A stretch of DNA of 64,000 nucleotides from contig NC_058368.1 in the NCBI RefSeq assembly GCF_018350175.1, forward strand, positions 131,690,001 through 131,754,000, in the 5' to 3' direction. The translations under genes and the position numbers were made by a program. The notes under the pieces are model-generated. The model saw only the letters and a list, made by a program, of their open reading frames with translations, made no database searches and was not told the DNA's origin. Shown one piece after another: positions 38,620 to 51,289 of this stretch; position 1 is the stretch's first letter; each line of letters begins with the position of its first letter. This DNA comes from Felis catus (lineage: Eukaryota).

Positions 38620-39230
38620 TAACCTCACCGGCAATGTGTTTAATTGTTGTGTATTTTTCTAATTCAGTAGAAAAAAGTACATCTCACTGGTTGCTGTGCA
38701 TTTCTCTGTTCACTAAAAAAGCTGAAATTTTTTCCAACAGGTTTATTGAGTCCCTGGATTTCTTCTCATGAGAATTTGATGATTTATGGCTTTTACTATT
38801 CTACCTTTTCAAAGCTTAGTGGGTTGTTTTTTCTCATTATTCAGTCTTCTATGATTTACTTTGACTTATGATTTATTGATTTGACACTCAGGATTTTTTT
38901 AAGTATATTATAAAAAAGACTTTATAGCATGATAAGAGTAAAAACAGATCTGATAATACCACAGAAATGGCATTCTCCGAGAGCTGTCTATGAAATAAAG
39001 ATGGGGACATATTTTGTTTTCTATGTCCAAATGTTACTATTTGTATGCACTCACAACTGTCAATATTTTCCTTTATTATTTTATCTATTGTTTCTAAGCC
39101 TCTAATTATAAAAATATCTCTTTGCAACCTTCAAAGCTGTTAAATTATATTTTATTCTGATTTCTAAACTTTAGTATTTTATTAGTCAATCTTTTAATTC
39201 ATCTGAAATGGATTTGCGGGGTGAGGAAAA
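38620..39230 (-). mobile_element. Old L1ME-like fragment
   Basis: 'tgcatttctctgttcactaaaaaagctgaa', 'ttttaattcatctgaaatggattt'. Confidence 0.5.
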
Positions 39231-41455
39231 TGGTTTGAAATGTGAAAATTACAAATTGACTTTCAAAATGGACTCTCCCCTACCTTTTATCCAGCTAAAT
39301 TATTACTACAGTAGATGGCATAAGGCCACGTATCCAGGCATTGCAAAGAAGATAAATACTCTTGTCAAAGAAAGATTGCTCAGCCAGAAGAGAATAATGA
39401 CAGAGAGGAAACTCATAAAATGTTCTTATTGAGAGACTGTTTTGGTTTTTGTTGATTGTTTTTTTTTTCCCCCTCTTCTGCTGTTCTGATAGCTTGATTG
39501 TTGGGGGAAGGGCTGAAATAGGAAATGGAAGGAGCTGGCTGATTTTAACTCTTTATCTAATGTAAAATTGCCTGCAAAATACAAGCACAAGTTTGAACTG
39601 CTAAAGCCGGCACAACCCAGCCTGAAATACATGGTTTCAGGGAAAAGCTGAACGGTGACAACTACACTTTGGAAGTGGATATGAAAAAACTCAGTGCCTA
39701 CATGATTCGCTTTTTTTTTTCCTATTTACCTTTGACTCAAATATTAATGAATTTATAATAATACACTTATATTCTTTGATATCCGTATCATTTACAGATT
39801 ACACCCGGCTCTTTCAACCCCAAATGCTGATCATCAGTTTCCAGGCAGTCTTTGAAAACCAGGGGAAAGTCCTGTGGTCACTTTTTGCTAATTGTCTGGA
39901 AAAAATAAGATACCCAGATGACAGAAATGTTCTCAGTGCCCTTCCTGTGTGTTTTCTCCCTTAGGAAATAATGTACTGTATTGAATTTCTACAGTTCTTA
40001 CCTTCAACGTGGCGGAAGGTGTTTATCAAGCTGCTTGCAGACTTCATGCCCGGATAATTCTGCGGCTTGAGCGCCACAGTCGTCAAATTACTTGAACGAA
40101 GTCAGTTTCCTCCTTTGTGCCTTAATGTTTTCATTTGCAGTAGCATGTAGCTCCTACGTGTTTGAGGATTCATTTATTTGAAATATATTTATATGAATGC
40201 TTGAGGATCATAGATGAATGGGATTTCATAATTGCAAAGGAGAGGTTAAAAAAGGAACAAGAGAGAACTTGGAGTTATTTTTAACCTATCCACTCTAATG
40301 GCAACAGCTGCTGCTAATTCCTAAAGTGATACTATCTGGCTTGCTTTACACGGAGTTTTTATTGTTGTTGGTTTTTGTTGTTGTTGTTAGATGGTGTCTA
40401 ACATATATGAGTATCCCTTAAATAAATGAATAAATGAAACCCAGCAATTCATTTTCCATGCTCCAAAATTAACTAAAGGCTATATGGCAGCCTAAAATCA
40501 ACCGTCTACAGTGACTAATTTGAAGAAAGTACATTAAAATCATTAGACAGATAAGGCCATGCCTCACTGAAAAAAATTTAATACTATTTTACAACTTTAA
40601 AAGCTAATCCCGTAAGAAAGTAATTAAGAACAGCTCTGTGGTGTTTTGTTTTGGCCTCTTTTCCTATTCTATTAGAAACAGCTGATTAATATTCCTGTTA
40701 GATGTGTGTAATTCAGATTAAGTAGAAAAAAACCCCACACTTTCCTATTTCAAGTTCTTTCTACTATATTGTGAGATCTGGTTCCTACTGGCCTTTACTA
40801 CTCAGCATTAGAATACTTTTCTTGGGTGGGTTTTACCTCTTAGAAACCCCCACACTAGGGGGCTAGGTTCCAAAACTGAAGTTCTTTTATTAGATTAGCT
40901 GTCCTGTTCCTACCCCACCCGCCCCCCCCAACCCTCCCCCCCCACCCCCTGCATCCCTGAGGGAATAGGTTCAGTGTGGACCAAACATCAGACTGGTGAG
41001 GGATGAAGGGAGGATGAAAAAGTGGAGGCAGCCAGGTAGCCGGTAAACCCTCGAGGGGGATAGGTAGCAGGACCCTGGGCAGCTGTCTGGGTGTTGAGGG
41101 GAAAGAAGGAAGAATTTAAAAGGAAACAAGGGAAACCCAAAAAGTTACAAACTTAACTGCACCCTTAATGTTCAATCAGCCAGTCAACCAACATCTATTG
41201 AGTGCCTGCTGTATAAGCTGGCAGTGTGCCAGGTTCTAGACACCTATGTCAGTATCAAAGATACAGCTTCTTCCCATTTTTAACGAGTTTATAATCCAGA
41301 AGAAGAGACAACAGGAAGATCTAATGGTGACAACAGAAGCTAGAAGGAGATAAAGTTCATGTATTCATTCATCCTTGAATTCCTCTGCTCCCGTTTTCTC
41401 TTAAATCTACTCCAAAAGGGCTCTTACTCCCACCACTCCTCCAAAACTGCTTTCA

Positions 41456-42092
41456 CAGTATGGAGGTTTCTCAAAAAACTAAAAGTAGAACTACCCTATG
41501 ATCCAGCAATTGCACTAGTAGGCATTTACCTAAATGATACAAAAATGCTGATTCAAAGGGTACATGCACCCCAATGTTTATAGCAGCATTACCAACAATA
41601 GCCAAATTATGGAGAGAGCCCAAATGTCCATCAACTGATAAATGGATAAAGAAGAGGGTGGTATATTTACAAGGGAATATTACCCAGGCCTCCAAAAGAA
41701 TGAAATCTTGCCTTTGCAATGACATGGATGGAGCTAGAATGTATTATGCTAAGCGACATAAATCAGTCAGAAAAAGACAAATACCATATGATTTCACTCA
41801 TATGTGGAATTAAGAAAAAAAACAGATGGCCATATGGGAAAGGGGGAAAAATGAGAGAGGGAAACAAACCACAAGAGACTCTTAATGATAGAGAACAAAC
41901 TGAGGGTTGATGGAGGGAGATGGGTGGGAGGTGGATTAGATGGGTGATGGGTACTAAGGAGGGCACTTGTGATGAGCACTGGGTGTTGTATGTACGTGAT
42001 GAATCGCTGAATTCTACTCCTGAACTATAATATACTCCTGAAGTATATTAACTAAACTTTAAATAAAAAGTAAAAAAAAAAACAAAAAACAA
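41456..42092 (+). mobile_element. Carnivore LINE-1 3' end (5'-truncated)
   Basis: ORF2 C-terminal peptides VWRFLKKLKVELPYDPAI and AKLWREPKCPSTDKWIKK, 3' UTR, A tail; degraded TSD actgctttcaca/cctgttttcata. Confidence 0.95.
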
Positions 42093-42721
42093 CACCTGTT
42101 TTCATAAAGGTCACCAATGACCAAATGCTAAATCTAACAGCCATTTCTCAGCTTTAAGCGACTCCCTAACAGAGTTTGTCAGAATTCATTCTCGCTGAAA
42201 TAGTTTTCCCTTAGCTCCCAGGACAAGACTCTCTCTTGGCTTTCATCTTCTCTCTCTGGTCTCTGTTGATATCCTTTGTTGGTTCATCTTCTTCGTTTAG
42301 ATTTTTATGTTGGAGGGCCCCAGATTTGGTTGTTGATCTTCTCACTGTCTATACTCACCCCCGTAGGGATCTCATCTGGGCATATTATGATTCTTCATAT
42401 AGCTTTCTTGCTGACAATCCCCAAGTCTATTTTTCCAATCTATACCCCTTTTCTAAACTTGAGATTCACATATCAGATTGGTCCTTGACACTCCCACTTA
42501 AATGTCTAATAAACACCTTATATCAACTTGTCTAACACCGAACTCCTGAGCTCCCCAGGACCCCCAAAACCTACTTAAACCACAACTTTCCCTTTCCCAG
42601 GTAATAGCAACTCTATCATTTGCTCAGGCTAAAACCTTGGTGTTCCCCTCATTTTCTCACATCCTATACACAAATTTCAGGAAATCCTGTTGGCTGTAGA
42701 TTTAAAAAAAGCATAATTCTT

Positions 42722-42935
42722 GGGGCGCCTAGATGGCTCAAGTTGGTTAAGTGTCTGACTCTTGATTTCAGCTCAGATCATGACCTTGCAGTTTGTGAGA
42801 TGGAGCCCCGCATCAGGCTCTGTGCTGTCAGCACAGGGCCTGCTTGGGATACTCTCCCTCCCTCTCTCTCTCCCCTTAGCCTGCTCGTGCTCTGTCTCTC
42901 TCAAAATAAATAAATAAACTTTTTTTTTTAAAAAG
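42722..42935 (+). mobile_element. Can-SINE
   Basis: Head, CT-rich linker, tail. Confidence 0.95.
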
Positions 42936-43519
42936 AAGTTTCTTTTAAAACATAGTCAAACTATGTCAGATCATGTTCAAAACCCTGCAATGACTTTTCT
43001 TTCCACTCTGCATGAAAGCCCAAGTCCTTATATATGGCCCAAAGGACCCCCAGTGATGTTAGCCCCTTCCCTACTTCTTGCTCACTTTGCTCTAGGCACA
43101 CTGCCTCCTGCTCTTTCCCCAACACACCACAGTCTTTGCACTGGCCATGCCTCAGCCCAGAACATTCCTTCCCCTAGATGTCTGTATGACTAATACTCTC
43201 ATGCCACCATTGCAGTGGGACCTACCCTGACGACCTTATTCAATACCACAAATTGTGCGCTACCATTTTTCTTCATAGCTTTTCATTGTTACTTAATTTT
43301 TAAAATTTTTCATTTTCATTTTTCCAAAGCACTTGTCACTTTCTAACATACTATAAAATTTACATATTCATTACGCTTATTGTCTGCCTCCCCTTGCTAG
43401 AATCTGAGCCCATGAGGGAAGGGATCTTCACCTTCTTTATTCACTGATACATCTCAAGCACCTGAAACATTGTGTGGCATGTTGTATGTGCTAATAAAAT
43501 TTGCTGAATTGAAATTGAA

Positions 43520-43830
43520 TTCATTCAGCATCCATTCAGCAAATACACAGTAAGTATCTACTATGTGCCAGGCACTGTGCTAGAGTTTTGATAATCAGCC
43601 GTCAATGAGGTAGACTAGCCCTTGTGTTCATGGACCTCCCAGAGCAGCGGAGATCACAGAGTCTGAGCAAGTAATTGCAGTGTGACTGGAAATCTCACTG
43701 AGGCTTAGGAAACAGAAAAGACCTCCCTAAGGAAAAGACTCAAGTTCAGACCTGAATAAAATCTGAGCGGAAACTAACTACTGATGGGAAGTCTGAGGAG
43801 CGAATTCCAGACTAAGAAAATCGGTCGCGA
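43520..43830 (-). mobile_element. L2 3' fragment, tail-to-tail with the preceding L2
   Basis: 'cattcagcaaatac...ctactatgtgccaggcactgtgctag'. Confidence 0.7.
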
Positions 43831-44400
43831 TGCTATCGGTAAAGGCATACCGGTAAAGGCATATCCAGAAGGATAGTTTGCTTGTGGCCAGGGTGTTGCG
43901 GGAAGGCAGCATGATCGAGGTCACATTTGAAAGTAAATTGAATCAGCCAAGGAAGATGGTAAGGACTGAAAAGAGAATGGAAGTAAGCGTGTGCCAGATG
44001 GAGGGGTCGAGTGGAAGCTTAAAATGAAGAGGCAGGAAAATGAAGCACTTAGATGATTCAGTTTGCCTGGAGAATAGGGTTGGGTTGTTAAGGAAAGCAC
44101 TGAGAGAAGCAGATAGAGTGGGACCAGAAGGCAGTGGACAAGTCCTAGAAGATGTTACAGCGGAGTTATAATACAACCAAAATTGTACTCTAGAGAGAGT
44201 TTAGCTACAGGATGCAGACATTAGGAGCAGGGGGCTGCTAAACCTTAGCTCCACTGAAAGGACTTTGCACTAAGCAATGAAAGACAAAATCATGATAATG
44301 ACAACCTTCGGGGGACTGGAATGAACATGGGGATTCCACTTTATTTATTTACTGTGAGAAATCTAATTGTCACACAGATTGGAAATTCCCGCGTTAAAAA

Positions 44401-44604
44401 TTTTTTTTCATTTTTTTTTTAAAGGTTTATTCATTTTTCAGTAAGTGGGAGAGGGGCAGAGAGAGAGGGAGACAGAATCTGAAACAGGCCCCAGGCTCTG
44501 AGCTGTCAGCACAGAGCCCGAAGCAGGGCCTGAACTCACAGACAGCAACATCATGACCTGAGCTGAAGTTGGACACTTAACCGACTGAGCCATTTAGGCG
44601 CCCC
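44401..44604 (-). mobile_element. Can-SINE
   Basis: Reverse body; TSD cccgcgttaa/cccgtgttaa. Confidence 0.95.
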
Positions 44605-44886
44605 CCGTGTTAATAAATGTGATGCATTCTTTCCATGAATGGAATGGAAAATCATGATAAGAAGCTCTTTAAGAATGCGCAAGAGAAACATCGCAAGGTC
44701 TCAAAGTTTAGTTTGCCTGACGAGTGGTCAGGATGAATTGTTAGCTGACCTGGGGTGAATGGCAGACAGGAACCCAGAGGCGGCTGTTGAGCCCAGCTTA
44801 CAAATTGGAAGTTAGAGTTTACCAGTGATAAACGCAATTATTGGTCAGAATCTCTTAAGAGCATTTAAAAGATATCAAGGTTACCA

Positions 44887-44941
<55 letters not shown>

Positions 44942-45100
44942 ACAAAGGTAACCATGCAGAGGTGGTGCCCTTGTTAATTAGATCAATTGTAGTGATCTTT
45001 TCACAATATATACATACGTCAAAACATCAGGTTATACATCTTAAATATATACAATTTGCATGTGTCAAAGACATCTCAATAAAGCTTTAAAAAAATAACA
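44887..45100 (+). mobile_element. (CT)n(CA)n microsatellite plus L1MA/MB 3' end
   Basis: 'aaaggtaaccatg...ttcacaatatatacatacgtcaaaacatca...ctcaataaagct'. Confidence 0.8.
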
Positions 45101-45179
45101 AGGCTGGGCACCACCCCAGGTGAACTGAATCAAAATTCTTGTGGGTGAAGCCAGGCATTGGTATGACAGAGGTAGTTTC

Positions 45180-45396
45180 TTTTTTTGTTGTTTTAATGTT
45201 TATTTATTTTTGAGAGAAAGAGAGAGAGACAGCATGAGTGGGGGAAGGGCAGAGAGAGAGGGAGACAGAATCCAAAGCAGGGTCCAGACCCTGAGCTGTC
45301 AGCACAGAGCCTGATGCAGAGCTCAAACTTCCGAACTTTACATCACGACCTGAGCCAATGTCGGGCGCTTAACCAACTGAGCCAGCCAGGCACCCC
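45180..45396 (-). mobile_element. Can-SINE
   Basis: Reverse body; TSD aggtagtttct. Confidence 0.95.
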
Positions 45397-46300
45397 ACAG
45401 GTAGTTTCTAAGAACTCCCCAGAATTCTCACTTTGGATTGGTGCAACCATAGGCCTTGGAAGACCTTCTTCATCAGACCTTCCTGAGTGGCCTTTGGCAC
45501 GTCCCTTTGGATGCCTCCAGAGATAATCAGCCACAGTCAGTTTGACTCAGTCTGGTTCCATACACCTTTTCTTTGGATATGTTAATAATCAATTCTAAGA
45601 GTTCCAGAGAAGAGGTTTCCTGCAGATCTTGGAGCATCCTGCTTTTAACTCATTGTCTGTCTCTGCATTGTTCACATGAATTTTCCTAATGGACAAAGTT
45701 TTTGTCATCCTCACATTTTGGGGTGAAGGGGGGTACCTCACTGGGGGATTAGATGAACTGAAGGGAAACAAGAACAAGCCTGGAATAGGAAGGCTGACTA
45801 GGGATCCACACAGTGGGCCAGGCTCTAGATTGTACTAGGATGCTCACAGTGGGACACATATGGAATGGGAAGGACTGGAGCAGGAAGGAGGGGAGTAGGG
45901 TGGGGGAGCAGGGGGTGGTCAAACAAAGGAATAGGAGATTATATCAATTATATTGATTCAAATCATCCTCTTAGTACTAATTTTTTTTTTAAGTTACAGA
46001 GGAGTAATTGAAGTCAGTGGGAGAGGGGTGATTCACGAAGCATCACAACATAGAAAATTATGTGGAAATTGATCTCTGTTACACTGATTCATTGACAAAC
46101 TAACCACAAGTTTACGATTTGAGTAATTTTTTTCTAATTAACTTTGAATATTTTACTTTCTTTCTGTGCCTAAATTACATATTACATAGCAATTAAGGTA
46201 AGCAATTACCTTAGACTATTAGGTCACAGAACAGAAGGCTGAGCTATCAGGAAGCGAATTTTAGAAATGCTAGTAATCACTCCAGACATACAGGTTCAGA

Positions 46301-46301
<1 letters not shown>

Positions 46302-46342
<41 letters not shown>
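46302..46342. repeat. (CA)n microsatellite
   Basis: Read directly. Confidence 0.95.
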
Positions 46343-46344
<2 letters not shown>

Positions 46345-46488
46345 TATATCTGAGTAACCCAAATGCTGTATCCAAAATGATTTCTGATCCCAGTAGTATT
46401 AAATAGTTTTGCAACCCTTGGCTTTGCTTTGACTATGCAGACAAGGGGTTAAAAAACAAATAAACAAGATCAAATTTAAAACCCCCCC

Positions 46489-46702
46489 GGGGCGCCTGGG
46501 TGGCGCAGTGGGTTAAGCGTCCGACTTCAGCCAGGTCACCATCTCGCGGTCCGTGAGTTCGAGCCCCGCGTCAGGCTCTGGGCTGATGGCTCAGAGCCTG
46601 GAGCCTGTTTCCGATTCTGTGTCTCCCTCTCTCTCTGCCCCTCCCCCGTTCATGCTCTGTCTCTCTCTGTCCCAAAAATAAATAAATGTTGAAAAAATTT
46701 TT

Positions 46703-46751
<49 letters not shown>

Positions 46752-46754
46752 AAA
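46489..46754 (+). mobile_element. Young Can-SINE (SINEC_Fc) with (AAAT)n tail
   Basis: CpGs intact; TSD taaaaccccc (46477-46486 and 46755-46764). Confidence 0.98.
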
Positions 46755-47409
46755 TAAAACCCCCAAGCACCTCTATAATGAGTGTCTCCTACACTGTTCA
46801 ACATTTCTGTTTCAGATAAGGGCTATGATTGCTTCAGATTTCATCAGGGTTCCCAGAGATGTTTAGAGGCAACTTGTAGCATACCAAATTCCTTTCATGT
46901 GTTTTCCTCTGTGTTCAGGGATGTAGCACAATCACATAACTATCTAATTCGCCATCCCACTGAGTTAATAATAGTCAGTATGCTTTTTTTTTCGATTTGG
47001 AAGTTTCCTCTTTCACTGTTTGGATTCAATGGCACCTATCTCAATTACAAAGTAAGCCAAATTGAAAAGTTTTGACAGAGAAATATGATATCTGACATTG
47101 TAGAATCCTGAACATTTGCCAAGTTTCAAACACAATAGCTTGAAGTCACTAGTTAAAAAAAATAATAAATTGTGTGTGTATATATATATACATCCTTTTA
47201 TGCTCAAAACTTGACTGAGGGCCCTGAGAGCTTCTCCACAGTTATACAGCAGGCCTTGGGGACTGAATGCTCTTGAAACATAGCCTCCTCCGATACAAAT
47301 ACCTATGGGGACTGGGCTTCAGGCAGTCTCAATGGGATTTGGAAACAGAATACTGACAGAAATAGATGCTCTTTAGGATGTTTGTGCTCTGTCCCTGCTG
47401 TCCCATTTG

Positions 47410-47790
47410 CATCAGTCAACTTTCACTGCAGCAATAATCCACCCCAGCATGCTTGAGGCTTCCAACAACAAATATGGATTTCTCACTCTCAGGTCTCCCT
47501 TGGGTTGACTGTGGCTCAGCTGGCTTCGGCCTGCCTCTGGTTGAGGTCTGTGCCATGAGTCTCCCATTCTGTTTTTCATTCCGCCAGAGAGGAGTACAAA
47601 AGATAAGTGGGAACACACAGCTTCTAGAAGCTTTTGCTCAGAACTGGTACAGTGCTTCGCCCCCGCCAAATCCCACTGGTCAGAACCCAAAGGCAGGGAG
47701 GTGGTGACATAGCTTCCTCCCACAGTGAAGCATGACAAGATAGGGAAGGGAGGGCGGATTGTGGAAAATAATATGATCCACTATGCCATT
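47410..47790 (-). mobile_element. Old MLT1 (H/I/J-like) LTR
   Basis: 'ggcttccaacaacaaatatggatttctcactc...gggttgactgtggctcagctgg', 'caaatcccactggtcaga'. Confidence 0.65.
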
Positions 47791-47962
47791 TCTCTCAAAG
47801 TCAGCCTCCCATCGCTCCAGGGCAGGGGCCCTGGCAGAAATGTTTATCAATGTACTTGGAACATAAAACCTAACTTAAAAACTCATTATCGCTACCATGA
47901 TACGGTGTAGTCTTACCCACCATTTGAAAACACAAATGGTGAAGCCAACTTACTTTGCCATA

Positions 47963-49197
47963 TATGGTAGGCAGTCTTTTCCCCTGTGTCATTCCCTCTC
48001 CTTGAGTGTGGACTGGACTTAATGGCTCCGTCCAGGAAAATTACTTCTGACGACCTGAGCGCAGGTGTGCAATTGTCTGCAACGCCAGCTGGGTGTCCTG
48101 TAGTTCAATTAAATCCTGACACTACCTACTTGGAGTTAGCCTCAGATTTCACAAGTTTAGAACTCAGTCCCTTAACCGCCCCACTTCAGAGGCCAGCCCC
48201 AATTCCCACGTTGCTACCTGTGCTTCTGACCAATCGGCTATACATTGGGGTTCCCACAACCCCTCCTCGGGTTCAATAGTTTACCACAATGGCTTATAGA
48301 TCTCAGGGTAACAATTACTTCTATTGTTCTGTTATAAAGGATATAAAAAAAGATATAGATGAAGAGTCAGAGGAAGACACACACAGGGTGAGGTGCATGG
48401 GAAGAAGCACAGAGCCTCCACACACCCCTCAAGCCACTCTCCCAGCACCTGCATGCATTCACCAACCTGGGAGCTCTTTGACCCTGTACTTGAGGGATTT
48501 TTATGGAGGCTTCATCATCTAGACATAATCGATCATTAACTCAGTGTCCACTTCCTCTCCCCTTCCCAGACAATGAAGGGTAGGGTGGAAAGTTCCAAGC
48601 TTCTAAGCATGGCTTGGTCTTTCTGATGACCAGCTCCCATCCTGACCGTCCATTAGTCCACCAAGATCCACCTCATTAGAACAAAAGATACTCCTATCAC
48701 TTAGGAAATTCCATGGAATTTAGGAGCTCTATGCCGGGAACTGGAGGCAGACACCTCATATATACATTTTCTATTATTTAACAGACTCCCTTCAAATAAA
48801 TTAAAAAAGACAAAAGTGATGGGTTGTCACTTCTAAGATTAGGTTATAAAAAGACTGTTACTTTCCTGTCTGTCTGTCCCTCTCAGAGCTCTCATTATGG
48901 GAAAGCAAGTTGCCATGTTGTAAGAGCTAATGTGACAAAAAACTAATATGTTCACCTAACAGCCAGTGAAGGCTGCCAGCGGCCATGAGTGTGAGCTTGG
49001 AAGCCCAGGAGAGCCTTGAGATGACCGTAGCTCTGACCAAGACCTTGACAGCAAAGGTTCGTGAGTTCTGAGGCTGAGGTATCCAGGGATGCCGCACCCA
49101 GATTCTGACCACAGAAACTGCAAGATAATAATTGTTTGTTGTCTTAAGCTGCCAAATTTTCAGGTAATTTGTTATGCAGTAATAAATACTTAATACG
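47963..49197 (+). mobile_element. MLT1E/F-like LTR split by a MER21-like LTR
   Basis: 5' part 'ctccttgagtgtggactggactta' resumes at ~48810 'aaagtgatgggttgtcacttc'; end 'gtaatttgttatgcagtaataaatacttaatac'. Confidence 0.8.
48035..48783 (-). mobile_element. MER21-like LTR
   Basis: 'ccagctgggtgtcctgtagttcaatt', 'ttggggttcccacaacccctcc', 'ctcattagaacaaaagatactcctatcac...ggaaattcc'. Confidence 0.85.
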
Positions 49198-49280
49198 CCA
49201 AATGAAAATAGGAATAATTAAATGGGTTGGACTTCTTGGCCTTACTGAGATAAATGCTATTATTAAAAAATGATACTTGA

Positions 49281-49484
49281 GGGGCACCTGGGTGTCTCAG
49301 TCACTTGAACCTCTGACTTTGGCTCAGGTCATGATCTCAAGGCCTGTGGGTTCGAGCCCTGCTTCAGGCTCTGTGCTGATAGCTCAGAGCCTGGAGCCTG
49401 CTTCAGATTCTGTGTCTCCCTCTCTCTGCCCCTCCCCTGCTGACGCTCTGTCTCTCTCAAAAATAAGTAAACGTTAAAAAAAAA
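49281..49484 (+). mobile_element. Can-SINE
   Basis: Head, CT linker, tail; TSD aatgatacttga. Confidence 0.95.
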
Positions 49485-49525
49485 TTAAAACAATGATACT
49501 TGAATCTAAGAAAAAAAGATAACCA

Positions 49526-49660
49526 GGGGCGCCTTGCTGCCTCAGTCAGTAGAGCATGCAACTCTTGATCTAAATCCTCTGGTCATGGGCTCCAGCTCCA
49601 TGTTGGGCATAGAGATTACTTAAGTAAATAAAACCTTAAAAAAAATAAAAAGAAAAAAGA
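49526..49660 (+). mobile_element. Short Can-SINE subfamily lacking the (CT)n linker
   Basis: 'ctcagtcagtagagcatgcaactcttgatc...gttgggcatagagattacttaa' then A tail. Confidence 0.85.
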
Positions 49661-50039
49661 GAGAAGAAAACCAAGTATCTAAGTCAATGCACCTAAATTA
49701 AATTACTAAGAATGACAATATTCTACTCCACAGTTAGATATACCTGGAATAAATTTTATTTTCTAGTAATGTAATGAGGTAACAGTAGCCATTTCATAAG
49801 GGTAAGGGAATGGTGATTATTAAAGACAAGGCCATTATGATGCTGCATCAGCATTATGAAAATTGTACAAATTATTCCCAGGTAGCTAGAATGTATCACA
49901 TACGAACTTTCATTTACATTTCATTCCTATTTATGTAAAGCTTATTAAATTCTCCAAAAATTGAGTACACAAGAGTTCTGCGTGCCAGGGAAAGAGTTCC
50001 TTTTCTCTTACGCCCATTCGTCTTATAGACTCCTGCTCC

Positions 50040-50230
50040 TTTTTCTTTTCTTTTTTAAAGTTGATTTTATTTATTTTGAGAGAGAGAGGGAAACAAAGAG
50101 AGAGAGGAAGGTCAGAGAGAGAATCTCAAGCAGTCTCCACATTGACAGCACAGAGCCCCACATGGGTCTGGAACTCACAAGATCATGAGATCTTGACCAA
50201 AGCCGAAATCAAGAGTCAGATGCTTAACCC
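50040..50230 (-). mobile_element. Can-SINE, 5' end missing
   Basis: Reverse body stops at 'tgcttaacc'. Confidence 0.9.
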
Positions 50231-50609
50231 TCCTCCTCCTTCTTTTTCTAAGTCGAACCTACAGCCCACCTCTCAGACTCTCTCAGCCACCTTCCAGCCC
50301 CCAGGGAGGGCTAGAAAACTCTATGCCCAACCCCCAGGGTGTACATGTCTCTGTTAGAGCATTGCAGTTGTTTGCCAAAATGGCTTTCTTCTCACCAGAT
50401 CAGGAACTTCTTAAGGATAAAGTCTCCCTCTTATTCAACTTTGGGTTAGGTGTGGTGCTCAACATAAGCATGTTAAATGAAACATCTAGTAGCATTCTCA
50501 ATATTGTTAGGAGCTCAAAATCTTCCACCAAATATTCTCATTGAGGGAGACTCCTTATTATATCGATAGCCAAATAGGGGGGAAATGTCATCATAAAAGC
50601 CTATTTAAA

Positions 50610-50752
50610 ATGCGTAATGGCTCTGTGTGGATAGATAGTAACTATACTTATCACGTGTACAATGTAAGGTATGGAATTGTCGAATCACTATGTTGCACAT
50701 CTGAAACTAATGTAGTATTGTATGTCAACTATACTTAAATAATATTTTTAAA
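50610..50752 (+). mobile_element. LINE-1 extreme 3' end
   Basis: 'gtcgaatcactatgttgcacatctgaaactaatgtagtattgtatgtcaactatact'. Confidence 0.85.
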
Positions 50753-51289
50753 AACATTTAATGGCTGGGTAAGCCCCTTTTAATTTACCACATCATTCTG
50801 GTAGAAGTTAAAGCAAGTTATGTGCCTTGATAAAGGAGGCCTGCATAAGGCCTTCCTCCCCCAGGTCTGTCACATTTGCTGTTCTATCCTCTCTCCTCAC
50901 AAAGCCAGAGTTGGGATATTGCCACAACAGTGACAAGGGAAGCCACTTCAAGGCTCTCCCCAACGTGCACCCTATCCCCAGCTACCTGGCCGGTGAGTGG
51001 GGCCTGAGTCTGGAGCTGGGATACAAGTGGGAGGAGAGAACACAGAAAAACAGCCAGGCTTCATCCAACTTCTCACAGGGGACGAAGGCCTTGATGCACC
51101 TAATTGTCACTGGCATGGATCTAGAAAATAGAACGCAAAGATTACGTGTCCCTCCTAAGCACCAATTTTTTAGATAAGGTGACCTTATCCACCAATAAAA
51201 AATGGCCCCAGTAAATGTCAGAATTGAATCAGGTTATCAACTTTCTCCCACAGGCAAGAATCAATAAGGGGAATAGAGGTTAAAAACGA

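Larger units (their letters stand above)
41355..43520 (+). mobile_element. L2 LINE split by an L1 and a SINE
   Basis: 'ccaccactcctccaaaactgct' resumes as 'aaggtcaccaatgacc' after the L1; 3' end 'ctagaatctgagcccatgagggaaggga...tttgctgaattgaa'. Confidence 0.85.

Noticed and set aside
41359..41979. Cluster of overlapping ORFs with L1 ORF2 similarity (likewise 18522-18836)
   Set aside because: 5'-truncated, frameshifted LINE-1 3' ends; non-functional
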